A DNA stretch of 64,000 nucleotides, from contig CAWCFT010000001.1 of assembly GCA_963794945.1 (NCBI GenBank), forward strand, positions 128,001 to 192,000, in the 5' to 3' direction. Positions 49,783-60,541 of the stretch are shown piece by piece. Both the position numbers and the translations under genes were made by a program. Under the pieces are notes generated by a model. The model searched no databases. It saw only the letters and a list, made by a program, of their open reading frames with translations, and was not told the DNA's origin. Source of the DNA: Endomicrobiales bacterium. GTDB taxonomy: Bacteria > Elusimicrobiota > Endomicrobiia > Endomicrobiales > CAWCFT01. How positions within the stretch are numbered: the first letter of the stretch is position 1; each line of letters opens with the position of its first letter.

Positions 49783-50232
49783 TTATATGCTGTAATCGAT
49801 AGTATCAGTAACTTGTAGCTTGCGCGACTTATCGGCTATGTCTTGGAATGTGGTTTTGTCTACTACATTGTTTACTGCATCCCTCGCCTCTTCAAAATAG
49901 CCCTTCAGCGCGCACTTCTTCTCGTAATTGCATTTGTTGTAACATGACTTGCTTACGCACGCTATTGAAGAAGTCGGGCCTTCCATGAGCCGTATTATCT
50001 CGCCCATGGTAATCTTTGAAGGCGGCTTGGAAAGGTAAACTCCGCCCTTAGGGCCTCTTACGGTCTTTACATAGCCAGCGCCCTTGAGTATGGTTATAAT
50101 CTGCTCAAGAAATTTAGTCGGGATATCCTGCCTTTTCGAAATATCCTTTATCTGGTCGATGCCCTTATCGTAGTTCAGCGCCAGGTCAAGTATTATTTTG
50201 AGCGCGTAGTCGCCTTTGAAAGTTATCTTCAT
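49783..50232 (-). CDS. Rrf2 family regulator (CymR/IscR-like, three Cys)
   Basis: FLEQI...L...G...RG..GG..L, C-x4-C..C..C. Confidence 0.93.
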   Translation of the reverse strand: MKITFKGDYALKIILDLALNYDKGIDQIKDISKRQDIPTKFLEQIITILKGAGYVKTVRGPKGGVYLSKPPSKITMGEIIRLMEGPTSSIACVSKSCYNKCNYEKKCALKGYFEEARDAVNNVVDKTTFQDIADKSRKLQVTDTIDYSI

Positions 50233-50259
50233 TGTTTTTCCCTATAATGTCTATATTGA

Positions 50260-51405
50260 TTATATAATATTCTTAAGAGCTTTTTCAAGGTCTACAAGCA
50301 AATCTTTTTTATGTTCTATTCCAACAGAAAGCCGTATAAGGTTATCCTTTATACCCCTGCTAAAGCGTTCTTTTTGAGGGATCGAGGCATGGGTCATTTC
50401 TGAAGGATAGCAAACAAGAGATTCCACACCCCCAAGGCTTTCCGCCAAGGTAAATATTTTCAACCCGGCAATGAATTTCTTTGCTTCAGCCTTGCCGCCT
50501 TTTATCTCAAGGCTTACGATACCACCGTAGCCATCCATCTGGAGTTTTGCCGTTCCATGGCCTTTGTGCGATGTGAGGCCAGGATAATAAACTCTCTCAA
50601 CATTTTTGCTGCCTTCAAGGAAACGTGCGATGGAAGAAGCGTTCTTTTCATGTTCCCTCATTCTAACCGACAAGGTCTTTACTCCTCTTAGCGTCAGCCA
50701 TGAGTCCCAAGGGCCCGGCACGGCGCCTATAGCGTTTTGATAAAACTTGATATTCTGGAAGAAAGATTCATTCGAGGTTATAACCGCTCCCCCGATAACG
50801 TCGCTGTGCCCGGCGATATATTTAGTGGTGCTATGAACCACGATGTCGGCTCCCAGTTCAATCGGCCTTTGAAAATACGGGCTGGCGAATGTGTTATCTA
50901 CTGCAAGCAATATTCCATTTTTCTTGGCTGTGTTCGCGAGATTCTTTATATCAATAATTTTTAGCAATGGATTTGTGGGAGTCTCTACCCAAATAAGTTT
51001 TGTATTCTTCTTGATCGCTTTTTCAAAAGAATGACCATCATCTATGTCCGCGTAAGTTACATCCAAACCCCATTGCTTGAAAACTTTTTCGAAGAGGCGG
51101 TAAGTGCCGCCGTAAATGTCGCTGCCGGAAACAACATCGTCGCCCACTTTCAACACACTCAAAATAGCGGCCGTCGCCGCCACACCAGAAGCGAAGGCAA
51201 GCCCGTATTTCCCGTTTTCCAGAGAAGCCAAAGCCTGCTCCAGAGCCTTCCTTGTAGGATTCCCGGTTCTTGAATATTCAAAACCTTTATGCTTTCCGAC
51301 TTCTTCCTGCTCGTAAGTCGATGTCTGGTACACCGGCACGATCACGGCGCCTGTAGCCGGGTCAGGTTCCTGGCCTTCGTGTATAGCCCTTGTTTCAAAT
51401 TTCAT
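50260..51405 (-). CDS. Cystathionine gamma-lyase/synthase
   Basis: YSRTGNPTR, ETPTNP, DNTF, HSTTKY.AGHSD, AESLGGVESL. Confidence 0.95.
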   Translation of the reverse strand: MKFETRAIHEGQEPDPATGAVIVPVYQTSTYEQEEVGKHKGFEYSRTGNPTRKALEQALASLENGKYGLAFASGVAATAAILSVLKVGDDVVSGSDIYGGTYRLFEKVFKQWGLDVTYADIDDGHSFEKAIKKNTKLIWVETPTNPLLKIIDIKNLANTAKKNGILLAVDNTFASPYFQRPIELGADIVVHSTTKYIAGHSDVIGGAVITSNESFFQNIKFYQNAIGAVPGPWDSWLTLRGVKTLSVRMREHEKNASSIARFLEGSKNVERVYYPGLTSHKGHGTAKLQMDGYGGIVSLEIKGGKAEAKKFIAGLKIFTLAESLGGVESLVCYPSEMTHASIPQKERFSRGIKDNLIRLSVGIEHKKDLLVDLEKALKNII

Positions 51406-52771
51406 AAATATGCTCCTCTTTTTGTGTTATCAGATAGTCTATTATATCGGACCTTGTAAGAATAGCTGATGGCGATCCGCTATCATTTAATACGATTATC
51501 CCGGTGTTCCCCGCGAGCAGCCTGTAGGCTTCGGAAATGTCGCTGTCATCATGAAGCTGCGGAAGCGGTTTGCCCATCACCGCCCTTATCTGTTGTTTAG
51601 AAAAATCAATTCCGTCGGAAAGATTTTTCATTACGGAAGCATCATTTAGGCTTCCGGCCAGCTTACCGCCGTCAATTACCGGAAGCTGCGAGATATTGAA
51701 ACGGTGCATAAGCTTAACCGCGCTCGCAAGCTTATCCTGGGAACTCACAGAAATTAGCGACGGCAGGTTCCTCTTGGAGGCGAATATATCCTTGAGCTTT
51801 ACCGGGCGATTCTCCCTGCCTTCCCAGAATCCGTTTTCCTGCATCCAGGGATCTGAAAATATCTTGCTTAAGTAATTCCTGCCCGTATCAGGCAGTATAG
51901 CGACTATGAACTTTGGGATATCAAGCCGTTTTGCGTATTTCACCGCGGCGGCAAAAGCTGTCCCTGCCGACCCCCCGGCAAGGATACCTTCTTCCCTGGC
52001 AAGCCTGCGGGCCGCGTTGAAGGACTCCTTATCGCTCACGCGTATCATTTCATCCACAATTTGCCTGTTAAATGTTTTTGGTATAAAATCTTCGCCTATC
52101 CCCTCAACCTTATATGATTTCGGCGAATCACCTGACAAGATAGAGCCTTCCGGGTCCGCACCCACAACAATGATGTCCGGATTTTTCTCTTTAAGATATT
52201 TCGCGGTTCCGGATATAGTACCGCCAGTTCCCATGCCTGCCACGAGCACGTCAATTTTCCGGTCAGAATCTATCCATATCTCAGGCCCTGTGGTCTGGTA
52301 GTGCGCCTGGGGGTTATTGGGGTTCTCAAATTGATTCGGCCTATAAGCCCCGGATATCTCTGTAGCGAGCCTGTTGGCCACGCCGTTATAGCTTTCAGGT
52401 GAATCCGGCGGAACCGACGTGGGCGTTATTACAACCTCGGCCCCATAGGCTTTCAAAAGATTTATCTTGTCCTGGCTCATCTTGTCGGGCATTACAAATA
52501 TGCAGCGATAGCCCTTGACCGCGGCCACCATCGCAAGCCCGACACCCGTATTGCCGGCGGTTGCCTCGACAATGGTTCCCCCGGGTTTCAGCAGTCCGAC
52601 CTTTTCCGCCGCTTCTATCATGGTAAGCCCAACCCTGTCTTTTATGCTTCCGCCCGGATTTAAGTATTCGACTTTAACATAGATCTCGGATTTAATATCT
52701 TTCGTGATATTATTTACTCTTATCAAAGGCGTCCTTCCAATCGATTCTAAAATATTGTTGTATTTTGTCAT
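51395..52771 (-). CDS. cbs: Cystathionine beta-synthase with CBS domains
   Basis: NPGGSIKDR, GTGGT, VEGIGEDF, C-terminal ISQLPV. Confidence 0.93.
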   Translation of the reverse strand: MTKYNNILESIGRTPLIRVNNITKDIKSEIYVKVEYLNPGGSIKDRVGLTMIEAAEKVGLLKPGGTIVEATAGNTGVGLAMVAAVKGYRCIFVMPDKMSQDKINLLKAYGAEVVITPTSVPPDSPESYNGVANRLATEISGAYRPNQFENPNNPQAHYQTTGPEIWIDSDRKIDVLVAGMGTGGTISGTAKYLKEKNPDIIVVGADPEGSILSGDSPKSYKVEGIGEDFIPKTFNRQIVDEMIRVSDKESFNAARRLAREEGILAGGSAGTAFAAAVKYAKRLDIPKFIVAILPDTGRNYLSKIFSDPWMQENGFWEGRENRPVKLKDIFASKRNLPSLISVSSQDKLASAVKLMHRFNISQLPVIDGGKLAGSLNDASVMKNLSDGIDFSKQQIRAVMGKPLPQLHDDSDISEAYRLLAGNTGIIVLNDSGSPSAILTRSDIIDYLITQKEEHIYEI

Positions 52772-52784
52772 AAAACCTCCTCTT

Positions 52785-53282
52785 TCATTTCAATATTTTC
52801 TGTAAATATACGACATCCAGCACTTTTCCGAATTTTTTTCCGCACCTGCACAAAACACCGACCTCTGAAAACCCAGAACTTCGGGCAAGCCGCAAACTAG
52901 CCTCATTATCAGCCGTAATGCGAAGTATTATTGTGAATAGATTCGTAGTTTTTGCAAGTTCAAGAATATGATCGTTCAATGCACGGCCTACCCCTTTTCT
53001 GCGGTTTTTGCAATCGATATATAACGCCAATTCCGCGGATATATCATAGGCCTTGCGGTCTGACCACCTATTGAGCGCGGCATAACCGACGACAACCCCG
53101 GATATTTCCGCAACTAAAACGGTAAAATCGCTTGTCCTGTTATTGAACCATGCCTGCCGGTTTTCGAGGCTCAGCGGTTCAGTATCGAATGTTGCCGTAG
53201 TTGTAAGAATCGCTTCGTTGTATATAGCGGTAATAGCAGGGACATCTTCGGCGCGCGCAAGCCTGATCTGTAATTGTTCCAT
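52785..53282 (-). CDS. GNAT N-acetyltransferase (phosphinothricin/methionine sulfoximine type)
   Basis: IYN.AI...TATF, N.AS..L, G.KFG..LD. Confidence 0.9.
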   Translation of the reverse strand: MEQLQIRLARAEDVPAITAIYNEAILTTTATFDTEPLSLENRQAWFNNRTSDFTVLVAEISGVVVGYAALNRWSDRKAYDISAELALYIDCKNRRKGVGRALNDHILELAKTTNLFTIILRITADNEASLRLARSSGFSEVGVLCRCGKKFGKVLDVVYLQKILK

Positions 53283-53286
53283 AATT

Positions 53287-54030
53287 TCAATTCTCCTTAT
53301 ATCGCAGGAATCGTTTCCCTGCATATTCGACAGCCATATCGCTTATTTTGCCGCATATCGCAAAAAGCACGATGCTGGCAATAATGATAGCGGGACGGCC
53401 CGTCATCTGCCCGTCATTCATAAGGAAACCCAAACCGCTGCTTGCGCCCATAAGCTCGGCTGCAACAACAAACATCCACCCAAGCCCCAGTCCGCTTCTA
53501 AGCCCCGTGATATAGGCTGGCATCGTAGCTGGCAAAACGACCCTTCGCACCAATTCAAAACCTTTCAGGTTAAAGACTTGCCCTACCTCGACCAGCTTTA
53601 CATCAAGATGCCGTATCCCGCTCATAAGATTCAAATAAACTGGAAAGAGGACGCCGACTGCAATAAGCGTAATTTTTGATGCTTCCTGTATCCCAAGCCA
53701 TAACAGGAACAGCGGCACCCATGCCATTGAAGGTATATTGCGCAAAGCCTGCAATAGTGGGTCGACAAGTTCCCGAAACCGCTTTGAACATCCCGACAAG
53801 ACACCAAGCGCTGTCGCCACTACGACCCCTATGGCAAAACCGGCGGCTACGCGGTAAACTGTAACACTTATGTGTTTGATCAATTCCCCTTGCTTCGCCA
53901 ATTCGGTTGCAGTCGCAAGAACGACCGTCGGCGCTGGAAGCCAATTTGGCGGAAAGTACCCGGCACGCGACAACAGTTCCCATATTACTATTAAAATGGT
54001 CGGTAAGATAAATCCGACCAATACGTTCAT
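53287..54030 (-). CDS. ssuC: Sulfonate ABC transporter permease
   Basis: IP..AW.PL..LW.GI.E, W..VVAAEL. Confidence 0.88.
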   Translation of the reverse strand: MNVLVGFILPTILIVIWELLSRAGYFPPNWLPAPTVVLATATELAKQGELIKHISVTVYRVAAGFAIGVVVATALGVLSGCSKRFRELVDPLLQALRNIPSMAWVPLFLLWLGIQEASKITLIAVGVLFPVYLNLMSGIRHLDVKLVEVGQVFNLKGFELVRRVVLPATMPAYITGLRSGLGLGWMFVVAAELMGASSGLGFLMNDGQMTGRPAIIIASIVLFAICGKISDMAVEYAGKRFLRYKEN

Positions 54031-54998
54031 TTCACTGCCTCCCTGGCATATTTCGGCTCAATGAGTTCGTCTGCCGTCTTATTCACATCAATATTTTCGG
54101 CTATAACGGCGTTCTTTTTAAGAACATCGCCAGCCGCCGCTATGGCTTTTTTCTGCTCACTGCCGATGCGCGATTTCGTAATGTCCGTGCGTTCTCCAAG
54201 AACTTTGTCAGCGACCTTATCGCTTACTTTTGACTGAGCTATATAGATCGCTTTGAAGTCTGAAGGATTCGCGATGGCCCAAAGGCGCGCCTTTTCATAA
54301 GCTTTAAGAACACGCAGAATTATTTTTGGCCTATTCTTTATGACGTCTTCCCTGGTGTTAAGTACACCGTATGTATTCAAATTCACGTCGCGTTTAAAAA
54401 GCACTGCTCCGTTATCAACCTCAGCCTGGCCAAGAAGCGGGTCAAGCCCTGCCCATGCATCCACATCTCCGCGAAGGAAGGCATTCTTTCCATCCGCATG
54501 TTGAAGAGCGACGTATTCAATATCCTTGAGCGTCAGCCCCGCCTGATCAAGCGAACGTACAAGGAATACAAACGGATCCGTTCCTCTGGTTGCCGCAACC
54601 TTTTTTCCTTTCAAGTCAGCTACTGTTTTTATTCCGCTGCCAGCCCGAGTTACAAGAGCCGTCCATTCTGGTTTTGAATACACATATATCGATTTCACGG
54701 GATTGCCGTTTGCCCTTGAAATAAACGCGGCCACACCAGCCGTAGAACCAAAATCGATGCTTTTGCTATTTAAATATTCAAGCGCCTTATTACTGCCCTG
54801 GCTGAACACCCATTCCACCTTGATACCGTCTTTCGCCAGGTCTTCCTCTAGATAACCTTTCTCCTTCAAAACAAGGCTGACAGGATTATAGTACGCGTAA
54901 TCCAGCTTTATCGTATTGATATCTTCCTGCGCAAATAAGCTGATTGCCGAAACTGCCAGCACACTCAACACCAGTACTGCATTTTGTATTTTATTCAT
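54027..54998 (-). CDS. ssuA: Aliphatic sulfonate ABC substrate-binding protein
   Basis: DYAYYNP.SLV, GSNKALE.L, RGTDP, DAWAGLDP. Confidence 0.88.
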   Translation of the reverse strand: MNKIQNAVLVLSVLAVSAISLFAQEDINTIKLDYAYYNPVSLVLKEKGYLEEDLAKDGIKVEWVFSQGSNKALEYLNSKSIDFGSTAGVAAFISRANGNPVKSIYVYSKPEWTALVTRAGSGIKTVADLKGKKVAATRGTDPFVFLVRSLDQAGLTLKDIEYVALQHADGKNAFLRGDVDAWAGLDPLLGQAEVDNGAVLFKRDVNLNTYGVLNTREDVIKNRPKIILRVLKAYEKARLWAIANPSDFKAIYIAQSKVSDKVADKVLGERTDITKSRIGSEQKKAIAAAGDVLKKNAVIAENIDVNKTADELIEPKYAREAVK

Positions 54999-55097
54999 TT
55001 TAGTCTCCTGATGATATTTTTAATTTCAATCAAACCGATATATTTTCCCTGCTTTAGGCCACATTTGGCAACTTACATCGATAATTTCTTATATATA

Positions 55098-55949
55098 TCA
55101 TCTTTTTACCTCCTCAGAACCATGTTCTCTGAGATGTTCCCATTCGCCGTATGGAGCCGGTCTGCGATTGCTTTCGGGAATACCTGCCGGTAATTTGCCT
55201 TCTCTCAAATATCTTACATTGCTACGTTTATACAATACCCTGTCTTTGCCTATAGGGCATACTTTGGCGCATATCCCGCACGGCCAGCAGCTTTGTTTTC
55301 TCAAATCCTGATGCCTTTTTGTGCATCTATTTTTATTCATCTCCGCAATAACCCTGTCTTTATCCGGTTTAAACGCATCCACCGGGCATAATCTGGCGCA
55401 TAAACCGCATTTCGGGCACAACTCTTTCTTTATTACAGGCAGGCCTTCGATTTTGGCTTCTGTAAACACAAACACAAGCCGCACTCTTGGCCCAAATTCA
55501 GGTGTAAGCAGCATATTATTTAAACCAATTGTGCCCAGACCCGCGTATTTACCGGCATATACATGTCCGAATCCCGCGATGGGTTTTCGCCATAGTATTT
55601 CAAGGTTTCCATAACCGTCACGCGGCAAAAATATTGACGCAAACCCCTGATTGTTCAAAAATACTGAAAGCTGATATGCTGTCCTGTCAAGCAGTTGATT
55701 TGTCGTATTATATAGCTCCTGATAATTTATGGACGGCGTGCTTTCAATTATAGGCAAAAGAATAGGGACACCAAGAACAATAACGGTTTGAGCTTCAGTC
55801 CATACTGATTTCGGCCTGTATGGCTCCGGCACTTCGTTGAACTTGTCCCACCGCGAGACTGGCGCAAAACCTACCAGTTCTGCTCCAAGACGCTTAGCTT
55901 CTTTGATTACCTTCGATTTGATATTTTTAACAGCCATATTCTTCTCCAT
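55098..55949 (-). CDS. QueG/reductive-dehalogenase-like Fe-S protein
   Basis: H..AG.YAGLG.IG.N..LLTPEFGPRVR, CxxCxxCxxxCP, CGIC..VCP. Confidence 0.85.
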   Translation of the reverse strand: MEKNMAVKNIKSKVIKEAKRLGAELVGFAPVSRWDKFNEVPEPYRPKSVWTEAQTVIVLGVPILLPIIESTPSINYQELYNTTNQLLDRTAYQLSVFLNNQGFASIFLPRDGYGNLEILWRKPIAGFGHVYAGKYAGLGTIGLNNMLLTPEFGPRVRLVFVFTEAKIEGLPVIKKELCPKCGLCARLCPVDAFKPDKDRVIAEMNKNRCTKRHQDLRKQSCWPCGICAKVCPIGKDRVLYKRSNVRYLREGKLPAGIPESNRRPAPYGEWEHLREHGSEEVKR

Positions 55950-55950
55950 A

Positions 55951-56733
55951 TTATATTGTGTACTCTAACAATGTCTTAGCCTGAGCGAAAAACTCATTGA
56001 AAATGCGTTTTCTGTAATCAATAAAACCCGCACTGTGCCTATCTCTGGGCCGCGTAAGATCTATACTGTAAATATTTCGTATCGTACCAGGCCTGTTGGA
56101 CATAACTACTACGCGATCGCCAAGATATACTGCCTCATCTATATCATGCGTAACCAGAATAACTGTTGTTTCTTCAGCCGTACGAATACGCTGGATTTCT
56201 TCATGCATCTGTATTTTGGTAAAAGCATCCAAAGCGCCGAATGGTTCGTCCATAAGCAGAATTTTCGGGCGGTTCACTATCGCCCGGGCTATCGCTGCGC
56301 GCTGAGCCATGCCGCCCGAAAGCTGGTGCGGATAGGATCTCTCAAAACCCTTTAAACCGACCAACTTAATATGTTCCATTATCGAACTATTAGCTTCTGT
56401 ATTACGCTCAGGTAATCCAAATGCGATATTTTCTTCGATCGTAAGCCATGGGAATAACCTGTGCTCCTGAAATACAAATCCACGGTTTGTTCCCGGCCCT
56501 TGTATTGAGCGTCCGTCAATAAGCACTGATCCAGAATACCCATTCTCCAGACCTGCTATAATCCTGAGCAGAGTACTCTTCCCGCACCCGCTTCCGCCAA
56601 CAATGCATATGAACTCTCCCCGCCCGATTTCAAGATTCAAGGACCGAAGCGCGGGCAGAATTTGTTTACGAATGAAAAAATCTTTATTGAGTCCTGAAAT
56701 TGACAATACTGATTGAACTTCATTGTTGGACAT
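55951..56733 (-). CDS. ssuB: Sulfonate ABC transporter ATP-binding protein
   Basis: GGSGCGKST, FQEHRLFPW, LSGGM, DEPFGALD. Confidence 0.9.
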   Translation of the reverse strand: MSNNEVQSVLSISGLNKDFFIRKQILPALRSLNLEIGRGEFICIVGGSGCGKSTLLRIIAGLENGYSGSVLIDGRSIQGPGTNRGFVFQEHRLFPWLTIEENIAFGLPERNTEANSSIMEHIKLVGLKGFERSYPHQLSGGMAQRAAIARAIVNRPKILLMDEPFGALDAFTKIQMHEEIQRIRTAEETTVILVTHDIDEAVYLGDRVVVMSNRPGTIRNIYSIDLTRPRDRHSAGFIDYRKRIFNEFFAQAKTLLEYTI

Positions 56734-56745
56734 ATATGACCACCC

Positions 56746-57570
56746 TCATATTTTCTTTTGCTTTGCTACAGGATTTAACAAATACTCTGCATTCTTATAA
56801 TATATTTTGTTTTTAGTTTCTTTACACGGCACTGCTCTTTCTATTATTGTTTTGATCGTTTCTGCTCGCGCCCACGGAAAATCCGTTCCAAAAAGAATTT
56901 TATCTTCGCCGTGCTTCGTGATTATTTCCAGCAGTGAAGAACTTTCTATTCCCTCGATAAACGCAGTATCAAAATACGCTCCTGTTCCCACGAGATATTT
57001 TAGAACCTCGTCCCACATTCTGTATCCGCCCAGGTGAGCGAAAACAAGCTTCAGCCCTTCTATTTTCGTAACTTCTTTAAGGCGCTCAGGAGTGGAACGT
57101 ATGTGGTCCGGGTACGGAAAATCAAAACCCGCGTGGAACGTTACGATTATACCGAACCGTTTGCACGCTTCGTATATCTCGTAAACATCCGGATCATCAG
57201 GATAGAATCTCTGGTATTCGGGATGAAGTTTTATTCCCTTAATCCCATTCTCAGCTAGAAACTGCAGCTCTTCCAAAACGTTGCCTACTTTTCTATATTC
57301 AGGATGCATTGCCCCGAAACAGATAACATCTCCCGGGCTGCCGGCATTAAATTCGATCATTTTCCTGTTTATGCCGCACACCTGCTCCTTCTTGGTAGCC
57401 ACCGGCAAATTCACGGAAATTGAAACCTCATCCTTATCCATAAATTCCCGCAAAGCGGCAACTGTACCGTCGCTGCATGCCTCAAACTTGCCTTCTTTCC
57501 ATAATGCGGCTAAGCTCTGCTGCGCTATCGCGTCAGGGAAATGATGAGTGTGAATATCAATAATTTTCAT
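56746..57570 (-). CDS. Amidohydrolase_2 family metallohydrolase (paralog of 41196-41987)
   Basis: DIHTH, GIKLHPEYQ, ILFGTDFPW. Confidence 0.92.
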   Translation of the reverse strand: MKIIDIHTHHFPDAIAQQSLAALWKEGKFEACSDGTVAALREFMDKDEVSISVNLPVATKKEQVCGINRKMIEFNAGSPGDVICFGAMHPEYRKVGNVLEELQFLAENGIKGIKLHPEYQRFYPDDPDVYEIYEACKRFGIIVTFHAGFDFPYPDHIRSTPERLKEVTKIEGLKLVFAHLGGYRMWDEVLKYLVGTGAYFDTAFIEGIESSSLLEIITKHGEDKILFGTDFPWARAETIKTIIERAVPCKETKNKIYYKNAEYLLNPVAKQKKI

Positions 57571-57585
57571 ATCACTGCCAGTTCA

Positions 57586-58395
57586 TTATTTTACCGCGAA
57601 CGGCACAACAGCGCCTTTGTAACGCGTTTTAATGAAATCTCTGATCTCTTGTGAACACAGGACCGCTAGCAATTCTTTTACCGCGGGGCGTCCAGTGTCT
57701 CCCTCGCGCACGGCCACAATATTGGCATAATTTCTCGCAGCAACCGAATCAGCCTCTTCCCGCGCAAGAGCATCTTTGTAAGGAGAAAAACCCGCGTCTA
57801 TCGCATAATTGCCGTTGATCACGGCGGCTGATACACTGTCCAAAACCCGGGACAATTGCGCGGCTTCTATCTCAATAAGCGTCACTTTAACGAAATAACT
57901 CTGTATGTCCTTTATTGTCGCATTCAAATTATGTGAATCCTTTAGTTTTATGATGCCTTTATCCTGCAAAAGAATAAGCGCCCGCGCCTCATTGGTTACA
58001 TCGTTGGGTATGGCTATCTTATCGCCAGCACGCAATTCTTTTAGAGACTTTATCTTCTTTGAATATACCCCCAGCGGTTCGTAATGGACAGCTCCCGCGG
58101 AAACCAAAGAAGCGCTATTAGCCTCGTTAAAATTCTTCAGGTATGGGAGATGCTGAAAATAATTCGCGTCAAGGCTCTTGTTCTTAAGCGCTAAATTCGG
58201 TGTCATATAATCGGTAAATACTTTAATTTGAAGGTCTATGCCTTTCGCCTTTAACAAGATCTTTACCTTCTCAAGGATCTCGGCGTGCGGAACAGGTGTT
58301 GCTCCTATAACCAGCACTTCATCCCCTGCGTGTGCGCGAAACACGAATAGAAATAAACTCAATATCATCCAAACTAGATTAAGTTTAACTTTCAT
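57586..58395 (-). CDS. metQ: MetQ/NlpA methionine-binding protein
   Basis: GATPVPHAEIL, DANYFQH.PYL, PND.TN.ARAL. Confidence 0.93.
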   Translation of the reverse strand: MKVKLNLVWMILSLFLFVFRAHAGDEVLVIGATPVPHAEILEKVKILLKAKGIDLQIKVFTDYMTPNLALKNKSLDANYFQHLPYLKNFNEANSASLVSAGAVHYEPLGVYSKKIKSLKELRAGDKIAIPNDVTNEARALILLQDKGIIKLKDSHNLNATIKDIQSYFVKVTLIEIEAAQLSRVLDSVSAAVINGNYAIDAGFSPYKDALAREEADSVAARNYANIVAVREGDTGRPAVKELLAVLCSQEIRDFIKTRYKGAVVPFAVK

Positions 58396-58417
58396 ATTAT
58401 GTGCCTGCCTATGCGCA

Positions 58418-59356
58418 TCATATCCATGCCGCCGGATCTACTTTCCCTTTAATATGCCATGTGCCGCGCACTTTTTTCCAGTATTCATCCCGTTCCAATT
58501 CTATAAGCGCGATATCATGGTCATTTAAATGCTTAAATCTGCCTTGTTTGCTTAAATAGTCTTTAACCGGAATAAATGCAGCCGGCCCTTTGTTTAAAAT
58601 GTATTCTCCGTCATAATATTCGCCTAAGATCCATAAACCTGAATCTACCGCTTCGCGGGCGACTTTAACGCATTCTTTTTCACTGAAGCCCCAGCCAGTC
58701 GGGCACGGAGACAGCACATGCAGGTATGAAGTTCCGTTAACCGAAGCGGCGCGCGCAACTTTATTCAGATAATCCTCGGGATACCCGATACTCGCGGTAG
58801 CGGCATAGTCGACACCGTTTGCCGCGGCTATTTCGAACATGTTCTTTTTGCCGGTTGCCGACCCCTTCATCTGAACGCCAACCGGAGAAGTTGTTGTTCT
58901 CGCACCCCTTGGAGTAGCCCCGCTTTTCTGGACACCGGTATTCATGTAGCCTTCATTGTCGTAACAGATATAGATTATCTTCTCGTGCCTGTCTATCGCG
59001 CCGGAAAGAGCCTGTATACCGATGTCGGCTGTCCCACCGTCGCCCGCAAAACCTACCACATGTATATTCTCAAGGCCCAAAGCCCTAGCTCCAGCGGCCA
59101 TACCTGAAAGCATTGAAGCCGTTCCGGCAAAAGTGGAGATAATGGAGTTCACGCCAAATGCCATTTGCGGATAAAGGAACGATACCGCTGAAATACAACC
59201 CGCCGGCACAGCCACAAGAGAACGGCTGCCAAGCACTTTCAAAGCAAGCCGGACAGCCACGCACCCGCCGCAGCCGGCGCAAGCCTTATGCCCTATAAAA
59301 TACTCTTCATCCGGTAATTTAGCCGGAGATACTCTGATATTCGTTAAGTCATTCAT
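58418..59356 (-). CDS. porB: 2-oxoacid:ferredoxin oxidoreductase beta subunit
   Basis: GH.ACAGCG, GDGGT.DIG, DNE.YMNTG.Q, PCPTGW. Confidence 0.92.
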   Translation of the reverse strand: MNDLTNIRVSPAKLPDEEYFIGHKACAGCGGCVAVRLALKVLGSRSLVAVPAGCISAVSFLYPQMAFGVNSIISTFAGTASMLSGMAAGARALGLENIHVVGFAGDGGTADIGIQALSGAIDRHEKIIYICYDNEGYMNTGVQKSGATPRGARTTTSPVGVQMKGSATGKKNMFEIAAANGVDYAATASIGYPEDYLNKVARAASVNGTSYLHVLSPCPTGWGFSEKECVKVAREAVDSGLWILGEYYDGEYILNKGPAAFIPVKDYLSKQGRFKHLNDHDIALIELERDEYWKKVRGTWHIKGKVDPAAWI

Positions 59357-60541
59357 AATTTTTTTAGCCCAATAAAATGGATCCTTTCTTTGTCATTGCT
59401 GCTCTCCGCTGAACCCAATATCTTGAACATCTTTTCAATATCTTCTTTTGATATATCCCGGCCTCCCAGGCCTGCCACAAAATTATGCGAAAGTTTTACT
59501 GCCCCAGCGTCAAAGAGAGCGGATTTTACGTTAGTATACACTGTCCCCTCGTATCCGAAAGAAATGTCTTTTTCAAGCACTCCTATCGCTTTCGCGTTCA
59601 GGCACGCTGAAGAAACCTCTAACGCGGGGAACGGCCTGACATACCTAAGCCTTAAGAGACCTGCCTTTACGCCTTGCGACCGCAGTTTTTCAATAACCGG
59701 TTTAACCGTACCCGCAACGCTCCCTAAAGTTATCAATATATATTCAGCGTCTTCAGTTCTGTATGTTTCTATGAGACCAGGGTATTTACGTTTGAATATA
59801 TTTTCAAACCTGGCTTCTGTTTCCTTGATAACTCTAGCCGATGACAGCATTGCTTTATGCTGAAGATATTTAAATTCCGTGTTGTCCGTGGCCCCAGCCG
59901 TAAAACCAAGAGACTTTGGCGATTTAATATCCATTTTGTTCGTTGTAATGAACTTGGGCAGGAACTCATCAACTTCCTTCTGATCGGGAATATCAACGGC
60001 CTCATAAGTGTGCGTCAGCACAAAACCGTCAAGGTTCACCATGAACGGGGTAAGAACATCTGAATGTTCCGCTATCGCGAAGGCCTTTATCGTCAGGTCC
60101 AGCGCTTCCTGGGCGTCCGCGGCATAGGCCTGTATCCAGCCGCAGTCCAGCAGGGAAAGAGAATCACGCTGGTCGCCAAGTATATTCCAGGGCAGCGCCA
60201 CTGCACGGTTAGCATTCATCATTACTATCGGGAACCTGCCGCCGGAGGCATAATGCAGGCATTCGGCCATATATAATAGCCCTTGGGACGAAGTTGCCGT
60301 AAAAGTCCGCGCGCCAAGAGCAGATGCCCCTATAAGTGCGGAAAGCGCTGAATGTTCCGATTCCACATACATAAATTCGGTTTTTAACCTTCCATCCGAA
60401 ACCATCTCGGCAAGTCTTTCAACTACAGTTGTCTGAGGAGTAATTGGATATGCCGATATAACGTGCGGGCGCGACAAAAGCGCGCCTTCGGCTACCGCCT
60501 CGTTCCCGAGACATGAATCGCTTATTTATGTTTGCGCTCAT
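59353..60541 (-). CDS. porA: 2-oxoacid:ferredoxin oxidoreductase alpha subunit, frameshift near 60508
   Basis: GNEAVA (other frame), AYPITPQT, ESEHSA, TATSSQGL. Confidence 0.92.
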
